From Escherichia phage vB_EcoP-Ro103C3lw, in the sequence record MN067430: a stretch of DNA of 39,389 nucleotides. One strand, written 5' to 3'. Below are positions 18,447 to 26,563 of the stretch, piece by piece; positions within the stretch are counted from its first letter, which is position 1, and each line of letters opens with the position of its first letter. Made by a program: the position numbers and the translations under genes. The notes under the pieces are model-generated. The model saw only the letters and a list, made by a program, of their open reading frames with translations, was not told where the DNA came from and made no database searches.

Positions 18447-20015
18447 ATGGCTGAACGTGAAGGCTTCGCTGCTGAAGGGGCCAAGGCGGTCTATGACCGA
18501 CTGAAGAACGGTCGCCAGCCGTATGAGACCCGTGCTCAGAACTGTGCAGCCGTGACCATTCCATCGCTATTTCCGAAGGAGTCTGACAACTCGTCTACGG
18601 AATATTCAACCCCGTGGCAGGCTGTGGGTGCTCGCTGTCTGAACAACCTCGCTGCTAAGCTGATGCTGGCCCTGTTCCCGCAAGCCCCTTGGATGAGACT
18701 TACCGTCTCTGAATATGAGGCCAAGACCCTGAGTCAAGACACTGAGGCTGCGGCCCGTGTGGACGAGGGGCTGGCTATGGTCGAGCGTGTGTTGATGGCC
18801 TACATGGAGACCAACAGTTTCCGTGTCCCGCTGTTCGAGGCCCTGAAGCAGCTTATCGTCTCGGGCAACTGTCTGCTGTACATTCCTGAACCTGAGCAGG
18901 GGACCTACAGTCCTATGCGCATGTATCGTCTGGTCTCCTATGTGGTCCAGCGCGATGCGTTCGGTAACGTGCTACAGATTGTCACTCTCGACAAGGTTGC
19001 TTTCAGCGCACTCCCGGAAGACGTCAAGTCCCAGCTTAATGCTGACGACTACGAGCCGGACACTGAGCTGGAAGTCTACACGCACATCTACCGTCAGGAC
19101 GATGAGTATCTGCGGTATGAGGAAGTGGAAGGTGTTGAAGTGACTGGGACCGATGGTTCCTACCCGCTGACTGCCTGTCCATACATCCCGGTGCGAATGG
19201 TTCGACTGGATGGTGAAGACTATGGTCGTTCTTACTGCGAGGAGTATCTGGGAGACCTGAACTCGCTGGAGACGATTACAGAAGCTATCACCAAAATGGC
19301 TAAGGTAGCCTCCAAAGTGGTGGGCCTCGTTAACCCGAACGGTATCACGCAACCTCGACGTCTGAATAAGGCGGCTACAGGTGAGTTCGTGGCTGGTCGC
19401 GTAGAGGACATCAACTTCCTGCAACTGACGAAAGGTCAGGACTTTACGATTGCCAAGTCGGTAGCTGACGCTATCGAGCAACGTTTAGGCTGGGCCTTCC
19501 TGCTTAACTCTGCTGTACAGCGTAATGCTGAGCGAGTGACAGCCGAGGAGATTCGTTATGTGGCAGGCGAACTGGAGGCGACCTTAGGTGGTGTGTACTC
19601 CGTGCAGTCGCAGGAGATGCAGTTACCTCTGGTCCGTGTGCTGATGAACCAACTTCAGTCCGCTGGCATGATTCCTGACCTTCCGAAAGAAGCCGTAGAG
19701 CCTACGGTCTCCACTGGTCTGGAAGCTCTGGGTCGGGGTCAGGATTTGGAGAAGCTGACTCAGGCGGTGAACATGATGACTGGACTTCAGCCTCTGGCTC
19801 AGGACCCGGACATCAACTTGCCGACCCTTAAGCTGCGACTCCTGAACGCTCTGGGTATCGACACCGCTGGTCTCCTACTCACGCAGGACGAGAAGCTGCA
19901 ACGCATGGCTGAGCAGTCGTCTCAACAGGCGGTCGTTCAGGGTGCTGGTGCTGCTGGTGCCAATATGGGTGCTGCTGTGGGCCAAGGAGCTGGCGAGGAT
20001 ATGGCTCAGGCTTAA
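18447..20015 (+). CDS. gp8: Portal (head-tail connector) protein (T7 gp8 homolog)
   Basis: 522 aa; AEGAKAVYDRLKNGRQPYETRAQNCA..TIPSLFPK.SDN.ST.Y.TPWQAVGAR.LNNLA.KLMLALFP, YRLVSYVVQRDAFGNVLQ, RMVRLDGEDYGRSY.EEYLGDL, GLVNPNGITQPRRL. Confidence 0.96.
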   Translation: MAEREGFAAEGAKAVYDRLKNGRQPYETRAQNCAAVTIPSLFPKESDNSSTEYSTPWQAVGARCLNNLAAKLMLALFPQAPWMRLTVSEYEAKTLSQDTEAAARVDEGLAMVERVLMAYMETNSFRVPLFEALKQLIVSGNCLLYIPEPEQGTYSPMRMYRLVSYVVQRDAFGNVLQIVTLDKVAFSALPEDVKSQLNADDYEPDTELEVYTHIYRQDDEYLRYEEVEGVEVTGTDGSYPLTACPYIPVRMVRLDGEDYGRSYCEEYLGDLNSLETITEAITKMAKVASKVVGLVNPNGITQPRRLNKAATGEFVAGRVEDINFLQLTKGQDFTIAKSVADAIEQRLGWAFLLNSAVQRNAERVTAEEIRYVAGELEATLGGVYSVQSQEMQLPLVRVLMNQLQSAGMIPDLPKEAVEPTVSTGLEALGRGQDLEKLTQAVNMMTGLQPLAQDPDINLPTLKLRLLNALGIDTAGLLLTQDEKLQRMAEQSSQQAVVQGAGAAGANMGAAVGQGAGEDMAQA

Positions 20016-20033
20016 ACCCTCACTATAGGAACT
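20011..20033 (+). promoter_or_regulatory. Phage RNAP promoter (gene 9 position)
   Basis: cttaaaccctcactataggaac; +1 G at 20028; overlaps the portal stop codon. Confidence 0.8.
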
Positions 20034-20112
20034 TAGACAAGATTCACGAAAGCATTAGGCCCGGTGAGACTCCGGGTCGGTTCCTATTAATCACAACCAA
20101 AGGAGAGACTTA

Positions 20113-20988
20113 ATGTCCCAATCAGTTTATGCCGAGTTCGGCGTTAGCTCTAATGCAATCACTGGTTCCGTCGAGGACCTGAACGAACACCAACAGTCTA
20201 TGCTGGAGAAGGACGTAGCTGTCCGTGATGGCGATGACGCTATTACCTTCAAGCAACTGGAAGCCGAGCGACAGGAAGAGGCGACCGAAGAAGAACTCGA
20301 AGTCGAGACCGATGAGGAAGAAGAGGTTGAAGAAACCGAAGACTCAGAAGGTCAGGACCAAGAGTTCGTTGAGCTGGGTGAAACTCCGAAAGAGCTGACC
20401 GAAAGTGTCACCGCTCTGGACGAGAACGAAGCGGCTTTCGACGACATGGTGTCTGCTGCTGTAGAAGCTGGCAAGGTCACTGCTGATGACATCACCGCTA
20501 TCAAGGCTGAATACGCCTCTAAAGGTGAACTGTCCGAGGCATCCTACGCTAAGCTGGCTGAAGCTGGTTACACCAAGCGTTTCGTCGATTCGTTCGTCCG
20601 TGGTCAGGAAGCTCTGGCTGAGCAGTATGCTGCGGGTGTGGTTCGCTACGCTGGTGGTGCTGAGCAGTTCAACCGCATCCTATCTCACCTTGAGGCCAAC
20701 GATAAGTCAACCAAGGAAGCCCTTGAGTCTGCAATCATCCGTAAGGACCTTGCGACCGCTAAGGCCATCCTGAATCTGGCTGGTCGTAACCTCGGTAAGA
20801 CTCGCGGTGTTGCACCTCAGCGTACTCTGACTACTCAGGGTAAACCAGCAGTCGCTGCACCGAAGGTCCAGACCGAAGGCTTCAGCTCCAAGTCTGACAT
20901 GATTAAGGCCATGAGCGACCCGCGCTATCTTCGTGATGCTGCTTACACCAACTCTGTCCGCACGAAGGTTGCTGCTTCCAGCTTCTAA
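20113..20988 (+). CDS. gp9: Capsid assembly (scaffolding) protein (T7 gp9 homolog)
   Basis: 291 aa, highly acidic with Glu-rich tract; sits between portal and capsid genes. Confidence 0.85.
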   Translation: MSQSVYAEFGVSSNAITGSVEDLNEHQQSMLEKDVAVRDGDDAITFKQLEAERQEEATEEELEVETDEEEEVEETEDSEGQDQEFVELGETPKELTESVTALDENEAAFDDMVSAAVEAGKVTADDITAIKAEYASKGELSEASYAKLAEAGYTKRFVDSFVRGQEALAEQYAAGVVRYAGGAEQFNRILSHLEANDKSTKEALESAIIRKDLATAKAILNLAGRNLGKTRGVAPQRTLTTQGKPAVAAPKVQTEGFSSKSDMIKAMSDPRYLRDAAYTNSVRTKVAASSF

Positions 20989-21009
20989 TATACCCTCACT
21001 ATAGGGAGA
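20987..21009 (+). promoter_or_regulatory. Phage RNAP promoter (strong phi10-type, before the capsid gene)
   Basis: taatataccctcactatagggagacc; +1 G at 21004; followed by a gggagacc...ggtttccc 5' stem-loop as in the T7 gene 10 leader. Confidence 0.85.
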
Positions 21010-21114
21010 CCAAGAGTTACGACTCAAGGTTTCCCTGTAACTTCAGTCCATACGGATTGGGCACAACGAAGTCACTAAACTTTATTTCTTTCATTCGAAT
21101 AGGAGAATTATCAT

Positions 21115-22164
21115 ATGGCAAACGTTCCGGGTCAGAAAATTGGTGCAGACCAAGGTAAGGGTAAATCTAGTGCAGACCAGCTCGCACTGTTCCTTAAGGT
21201 CTTCGCTGGTGAAGTCCTGACAGCTTTCACCCGTCGTTCTGTTACCGCTGACAAGCATATTGTCCGCACCATTCAGAACGGTAAGTCCGCACAGTTCCCG
21301 GTAATGGGTCGCACCTCCGGTGTGTATCTTGCTCCCGGTGAGCGCCTGAGCGATAAGCGCAAGGGTATTAAACACACTGAGAAGGTTATCACCATTGACG
21401 GTCTGCTGACCGCTGACGTGATGATTTTCGACATCGAAGACGCTATGAACCACTACGACGTGGCTGGCGAGTATTCCAACCAGCTCGGTGAGTCTCTGGC
21501 TATCGCCGCTGATGGCGCGGTACTGGCTGAGATGGCGATTCTGTGTAACCTCCCGGCTGCATCCGACGAGAACATCGCTGGTCTGGGCAAGGCGTCCGTG
21601 CTGGAAGTTGGTACTAAAGCAGACCTGAACACTCCAGCCAAGCTGGGTGAGGCGATTATCGGTCAACTGACCATCGCACGTGCTAAGCTGACTAACAACT
21701 ACGTGCCTGCTGGCGACCGCTACTTCTACACCACACCTGACAACTACTCCGCGATTCTGGCGGCTCTGATGCCTAACGCTGCTAACTACGCTGCGCTGAT
21801 TGACCCTGAGACGGGCAACATACGTAACGTAATGGGCTTCGTTGTGGTTGAAGTTCCTCACCTGACTCAGGGTGGTGCTGGCGAAACCCGTGGTGACGAT
21901 GGTATTTCCATTGCTTCCGGTCAGAAACACGCATTCCCGGCGACCTCCAGCTCTACCGTTAAGGTTGCTCTGGACAACGTTGTGGGCCTGTTCTCTCACC
22001 GTTCTGCTGTTGGTACTGTTAAGCTGCGTGACTTGGCGCTGGAACGTGACCGCGACGTCGATGCTCAGGGCGACCTGATTGTCGGTAAGTACGCTATGGG
22101 TCACGGTGGTCTGCGTCCAGAAGCGGCAGGCGCACTGGTTTTCACAGCGGCGTCAGCGGGTTAA
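21115..22164 (+). CDS. gp10A: Major capsid protein (T7 gp10A homolog)
   Basis: 349 aa; LALFLKVF.GEVLTAF.R.SVT...H.VR.I..GKSAQFPV.GRT...YLAPGE.L.DKRK.IKHTEKVITIDGLLTADV.I.DIEDAMNHYDV..EY..QLGESLA.AADGAVLAE, YAMGHGGLRPEAAGA. Confidence 0.97.
   Translation: MANVPGQKIGADQGKGKSSADQLALFLKVFAGEVLTAFTRRSVTADKHIVRTIQNGKSAQFPVMGRTSGVYLAPGERLSDKRKGIKHTEKVITIDGLLTADVMIFDIEDAMNHYDVAGEYSNQLGESLAIAADGAVLAEMAILCNLPAASDENIAGLGKASVLEVGTKADLNTPAKLGEAIIGQLTIARAKLTNNYVPAGDRYFYTTPDNYSAILAALMPNAANYAALIDPETGNIRNVMGFVVVEVPHLTQGGAGETRGDDGISIASGQKHAFPATSSSTVKVALDNVVGLFSHRSAVGTVKLRDLALERDRDVDAQGDLIVGKYAMGHGGLRPEAAGALVFTAASAG
22137..22143 (+). other. Candidate -1 programmed ribosomal frameshift slippery site (GGTTTTC)
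   Basis: G GUU UUC lies 6 codons before the gp10A stop, in the same relative position as the T7 gene 10 shift site; the -1 frame is open from here to 22427. Confidence 0.6.
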
Positions 22165-22427
22165 CGACCTTTAAGGCCCTCTCTACAGAGGGTCCTACCT
22201 TAGAGACATACAGTTCTACGGTGGGAACCAGCTTGAAGGTTGACTTCCCTGAGCTTTCAGATGTGACCGATTGGTCGCTTCTTGAGGTGACTACGCCTGA
22301 TGGTGTTAGCTACTCCCGTAGAACCAACAGTCTCTACTTCAAGGCCACCTCTGGCGTGGAAGGTCTGGTGATTGTTTGGTATGATGGTGCGCCTGTTCGT
22401 TCCTTCAACGTATCTTTCACAAACTAA
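22143..22427 (+). CDS. gp10B: Minor capsid protein extension (gp10B-like), translated only after a -1 frameshift from gp10A
   Basis: The -1 frame is open from 22089 to TAA at 22425..22427; the supplied ORF 22221..22427 covers its distal part but has no SD; 95 aa would follow the shift. Confidence 0.55.
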   Translation, partial: HSGVSGLTTFKALSTEGPTLETYSSTVGTSLKVDFPELSDVTDWSLLEVTTPDGVSYSRRTNSLYFKATSGVEGLVIVWYDGAPVRSFNVSFTN

Positions 22428-22431
22428 TTGA

Positions 22432-22473
22432 AACCCCTTGGGTGCCTTCGCGGGTGCTTGAGGGGTTTTTTTG
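22432..22473 (+). terminator. T-phi-like late transcription terminator
   Basis: aaccccttgggtgccttcgcgggtgcttgaggggttttttt: GC hairpin plus U-run, near-identical in form to T7 T-phi (aaccccttggggcctctaaacgggtcttgaggggttttttg). Confidence 0.85.
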
Positions 22474-22487
22474 CTTAAGGAGGGCCT

Positions 22488-23054
22488 ATGGCTCAATACA
22501 TCCCACTGAACGTTAACGATGACTTAGATGCAGTCAACGATATGTTAGCGGCTATCGGTGAACCAGCAGTCCTACAGCTTGACGATGGCAACGCAGACGT
22601 CTCGAACGCTCAGCGCATCCTACATCGGGTCAACCGTCAGGTCCAAGCTAAGGGCTGGAACTTTAACATCAACGAGGCTGCGGTCCTCACACCGGATGTC
22701 CAAGACCAACGGATTCGATTCCTGCCGTCTTACCTCCGGGTCATGACTACAGGTGCGACCAGCTACTACAGCAACATGGGTGGCTATCTCTATGACCTCA
22801 GTACTCAGTCCACGACCTTCACGTCTGCGATTACCGTCGAGCTGGTGGAGATGAAACCATTCTCTGAGATGCCTGTGGTATTCCGTGACTACATCGTGAC
22901 TAAGGCAAGCCGTGAGTTCAACGCTAAGTTCTTCGGTAGTCCCGAGTCTGAAGCCTATCTGAGGGAGCAGGAAGCAGAACTGTACCAGCAGGTAATGGAG
23001 TACGAGATGGACACCGGGCGCTATAACATGATGTCTGACATCGGTCGAGACTAA
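22488..23054 (+). CDS. gp11: Tail tubular protein A (T7 gp11 homolog)
   Basis: 188 aa; position and size; SD aaggaggg. Confidence 0.85.
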   Translation: MAQYIPLNVNDDLDAVNDMLAAIGEPAVLQLDDGNADVSNAQRILHRVNRQVQAKGWNFNINEAAVLTPDVQDQRIRFLPSYLRVMTTGATSYYSNMGGYLYDLSTQSTTFTSAITVELVEMKPFSEMPVVFRDYIVTKASREFNAKFFGSPESEAYLREQEAELYQQVMEYEMDTGRYNMMSDIGRD

Positions 23055-23065
23055 TAGGAGGTGAT

Positions 23066-25432
23066 ATGCCGTTATACACACAAAGCATAAAAAATCTTAA
23101 GGGTGGCATTAGCCAACAGCCGGACATCCTGAGGTTCTCAGACCAAGGTGAGCAGCAGATTAACGGCTGGTCGTCTGAGAGTGATGGGCTTCAGAAGCGA
23201 CCGCCGACCGTCTGGAAGAAACGGCTGGTCACGACTACAGGATCCATCCCGGACAACGCCAAGTTCCACCTGATTAACCGCGATGAGCGGGAGCAGTATT
23301 ACATCGTGTTCACCGGAAAGGACATCCTCGTGTATGACCTTGAGGGCCGACCGTACAAGGTCTCAGGGGCTACCGACTATGTGAGAACGGACACTCCACG
23401 GGACGACATTCGAGTCATCACGGTAGCGGACTACACATTCGTTGTTAACCGCAAGACCACTGTGCTGGCTGGCGATGGGGTAGCATACAGCGGCTATAAC
23501 ATGAAGCACCGGGCGCTAATCAACCTACGCGGTGGTCAGTATGGTCGCAAACTTAAGGTCGGGATTAACGGTGGAGCGATGGTCGAGCATCAGTTGCCTT
23601 CAGGTTCTGACGCTAATCTGGACCCACCTCTGGTCGATGCACAGGCAATCGGTGGAGCACTGACGACCTTGCTACAGGCTGCTTATCCAACATATAAGAT
23701 TGCCCTAGGGTCCGGCTACATCGTGATTGAGGCTCCTGCTGGTGGTGAGATTAAGTCCGTCGAGACTGAGGATGGTTACGCCAACCAGCTAATCAACGCT
23801 ATCTTGGATACCGTTCAGACAATCTCTAAGCTCCCTCTGGCAGCACCTGACGGCTACATCATCAGGATTCAGGGTGAGACCAATAGCAACACCGATGAGT
23901 ATTTCGTCCGGTATGATGCTGCCAGTAAGACTTGGCGTGAGACCGTGCAGCCGGGGACCATTACCGGATTCAACGCTGGGACCATGCCTCATGCCTTAGT
24001 CCGACAGGAGGATGGCAGCTTTGAGTTCAGGGCGCTCGACTGGTCAGAACGTGGAGCAGGTAACGAGGACACTAACCCGATGCCGAGCTTCGTGGACAAC
24101 AAGATTAACGATGTGTTCTTCTATCGTAATCGCTTGGGGTTCCTCTCTGGAGAGAACGTCATTATGTCCCGGTCAGCTAGCTACTTTGCGTTCTTCCCTA
24201 AGTCGGTGGCTACCCTAAGTGATGATGACCCGATTGACGTAGCTGTGAGTCACCCTCGAATCTCCATCCTGAAGTATGCCGTCCCGTTCGCTGAGCAGTT
24301 GCTACTGTGGTCTGATGAGGTGCAGTTCGTGATGACCAGCTCTGGGGTCCTGACCTCTAAGTCCATCCAGCTTGACGTAGGCTCTGAGTTCGCTGTGAGC
24401 GATAACGCCCGACCTTTCGCTATTGGACGCTCGGTCTACTTCTCTGCTCCGCGTGGCTCGTTCACCAGCATTAACCGCTACTTTGCGGTGGCTGATGTCT
24501 CAGACGTGAAGGATGCCGACGACACGACAGGCCATGTGCTGTCCTACATTCCAAACGGAGTGTTTGACATCCAAGGGTCCTCGACTGAGAACTTCATCAC
24601 GGTGTCTACCTCAGGTGCCAGCAATAAGTTGTTCGTCTATAAATTCCTGTTCAAGGATGGCGTACAGCTTCAAGCCTCTTGGTCCCACTGGGAGTTCGGG
24701 AAGGACGAGAAGATTATGGCCTCTGGCTGCATCGGGTCTACCATCTACATCGTGCGCAAGCATAAGTACGGTACTGACTTGGAGAAGCTGGAGTTCATCA
24801 AGGAGGCCGTGGACTTCGCTGGAGAGCCGTACCGCCTGCACTTTGACTGTAAGGCATCCATGATTGTGGACTCTACGGCGTTCGACTCTGCGTCCTACCG
24901 GACCGTGCTGGACGTCAGTGTTGCCTACGGTGGTGAGACCCCGGCTGAAGGCGTCTACGCCATCGCTGACTCAGCGGGGCGCTTTGTGGTCCTGCCTAAC
25001 ACTGACTGGGCGGCTAGTCGCGTGGTGTCTGTGAATGGTAACTGGACCGGGCAGATTTTCATTGGTCGAGTCTATAAGTTTACTTACGCCTTCTCTCGGT
25101 TCCTCATTAAGTACGAGGACCAGAATGGCACAGTGACAGAGGACTCTGGTAGGCTGCAACTTCGGAGAGCTTGGGTCAACTACCAGCACACCGGGGCGCT
25201 GACCATGAAGGTTTCCAACAACCAGCGGGAGTTCGTGAACGTGTTGAATGGCTATAAGTTGGGAGACCAAGAGATTGGTCGGATTAACATCGGAGACGGT
25301 CAGTTCAGATTCCCTATGAATGGGGACGCTAAGCAGACCAGATTGACGCTTGAGTCCGATGCTCCCACCCCATTGTCCGTTGTAGGCTGTGGCTGGGAGG
25401 CCTCTTACGCACGGAAAGCGAAAGCTATCTAA
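23066..25432 (+). CDS. gp12: Tail tubular protein B (T7 gp12 homolog)
   Basis: 788 aa (T7 794 aa); position; SD aggaggtg. Confidence 0.88.
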   Translation: MPLYTQSIKNLKGGISQQPDILRFSDQGEQQINGWSSESDGLQKRPPTVWKKRLVTTTGSIPDNAKFHLINRDEREQYYIVFTGKDILVYDLEGRPYKVSGATDYVRTDTPRDDIRVITVADYTFVVNRKTTVLAGDGVAYSGYNMKHRALINLRGGQYGRKLKVGINGGAMVEHQLPSGSDANLDPPLVDAQAIGGALTTLLQAAYPTYKIALGSGYIVIEAPAGGEIKSVETEDGYANQLINAILDTVQTISKLPLAAPDGYIIRIQGETNSNTDEYFVRYDAASKTWRETVQPGTITGFNAGTMPHALVRQEDGSFEFRALDWSERGAGNEDTNPMPSFVDNKINDVFFYRNRLGFLSGENVIMSRSASYFAFFPKSVATLSDDDPIDVAVSHPRISILKYAVPFAEQLLLWSDEVQFVMTSSGVLTSKSIQLDVGSEFAVSDNARPFAIGRSVYFSAPRGSFTSINRYFAVADVSDVKDADDTTGHVLSYIPNGVFDIQGSSTENFITVSTSGASNKLFVYKFLFKDGVQLQASWSHWEFGKDEKIMASGCIGSTIYIVRKHKYGTDLEKLEFIKEAVDFAGEPYRLHFDCKASMIVDSTAFDSASYRTVLDVSVAYGGETPAEGVYAIADSAGRFVVLPNTDWAASRVVSVNGNWTGQIFIGRVYKFTYAFSRFLIKYEDQNGTVTEDSGRLQLRRAWVNYQHTGALTMKVSNNQREFVNVLNGYKLGDQEIGRINIGDGQFRFPMNGDAKQTRLTLESDAPTPLSVVGCGWEASYARKAKAI

Positions 25433-25456
25433 CTCACTGAAATGCCTATAGTCTCT

Positions 25457-25479
25457 ATTACACCCTCACTATAGGGACT
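25457..25479 (+). promoter_or_regulatory. Phage RNAP promoter (gene 13 position)
   Basis: tattacaccctcactatagggact; +1 G at 25474. Confidence 0.8.
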
Positions 25480-25518
25480 ATAGGCCCTTTAAGTTACAAT
25501 ACTTTAAGAGGAGACTTT

Positions 25519-25980
25519 ATGTTTATCCGAAAGGCTACTGAACAGGACGTAAGGTCCTTTGAGATTGCTATAGATGACGTTAACGAGCTGATGGCGCATG
25601 ACCCACGGAGAGACCTTAAGTCTGTCCTGCTGTCTCACCTCACTCCGTCATCTGTGGTTTTGGTCGATGCTCTGGGGACAGTCTATGCCTATGGTGGAAA
25701 CCAAGGGGATAACGTCTGGTTCCTGACCTCTCGTCTAGTCTCCCGCCTGTCTAAGGCCGAGAAGCGTGAGTTCGGGCATCACATTGCAGCATACAGAGAC
25801 TTAATGTTAGACCAGTTCCCAGTCCTATGGAATTACGTCTGGTCGGGCAACAAGTCTCACATTAGGTTTCTCCGATTGCTTGGTGCTAAGTTTCACCCTG
25901 AGGTGACTATCAGCCCGGTAACTGGTGAGCGTTTTCAACTATTCACAATCTCTAAGGAGGACGTATGTGTGAACCCGTAA
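25519..25980 (+). CDS. Internal virion protein A (gp13-like)
   Basis: 153 aa; position between tail tube B and gp14; SD agaggag. Confidence 0.6.
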   Translation: MFIRKATEQDVRSFEIAIDDVNELMAHDPRRDLKSVLLSHLTPSSVVLVDALGTVYAYGGNQGDNVWFLTSRLVSRLSKAEKREFGHHIAAYRDLMLDQFPVLWNYVWSGNKSHIRFLRLLGAKFHPEVTISPVTGERFQLFTISKEDVCVNP

Positions 25981-26552
25981 GTATCGGCATGGGTATCATG
26001 GCTGTAGCCGGGGCCGCTATGTCCGCTTCGAGTCAGGCTAAAGCTGAGGGTGCTGCTATTGACGCTCAGAACCGACAGGCTCAGGAGATGATTAAGCAGA
26101 TGAACTACTCTGATGCTAACCTGAAGATGCAGGAGCGAGACCTCAAGGAACAGCAGGTCGCTGAGCTGACAGAGACGACTCTGAATGGCATCCGTAATCA
26201 GGGCATGGTCCGAGCTGCGGTAGCTGAGTCTGGGCTGGAAGGTAACTCCATGAACCGCATCGAGCGTGACGTAGATGGACAGACAGTCAAGGAACGTGCA
26301 GGTATCACCGAAAGCTATGGTCGTGACTACGCGGCTATCTTCGGGAACCGCATTGCGAACATTGAGAACACCAAGTCCGCTATCAAGGGTCAGGGTAAGA
26401 TTCTCAAGACCAGCCCACTGGCTCATGCGCTCAATGTGGCTAACGCTGGTATGCAGGGCTATGCTGCCGGAAGCTCTATCGCTGGTGCTACTCCGTCGAG
26501 TGGTGCTGCCCCAATTAGTGCCGCTAAAGGTACACCTACAGGTCATAGCTAA
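25965..26552 (+). CDS. gp14: Internal virion protein B (T7 gp14 homolog)
   Basis: 195 aa (T7 196 aa); starts MC followed by an Ala/Gly-rich hydrophobic segment like T7 gp14. Confidence 0.75.
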   Translation: MCEPVSIGMGIMAVAGAAMSASSQAKAEGAAIDAQNRQAQEMIKQMNYSDANLKMQERDLKEQQVAELTETTLNGIRNQGMVRAAVAESGLEGNSMNRIERDVDGQTVKERAGITESYGRDYAAIFGNRIANIENTKSAIKGQGKILKTSPLAHALNVANAGMQGYAAGSSIAGATPSSGAAPISAAKGTPTGHS

Positions 26553-26563
26553 CAGGAGGACCA

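Noticed and set aside
20034-20112. Hairpin gcccggtgagactccgggtc in the gene 9 leader, as a possible terminator
   Set aside because: It is not followed by a U-run and sits just downstream of a promoter start; more likely a 5' leader structure than a terminator.
21091-22104. 337-aa ORF on the minus strand
   Set aside because: It is antisense to the well-supported major capsid gene, has no recognisable domain, and T7-like phages transcribe one strand only; it is most likely a chance open frame in GC-biased antisense sequence.
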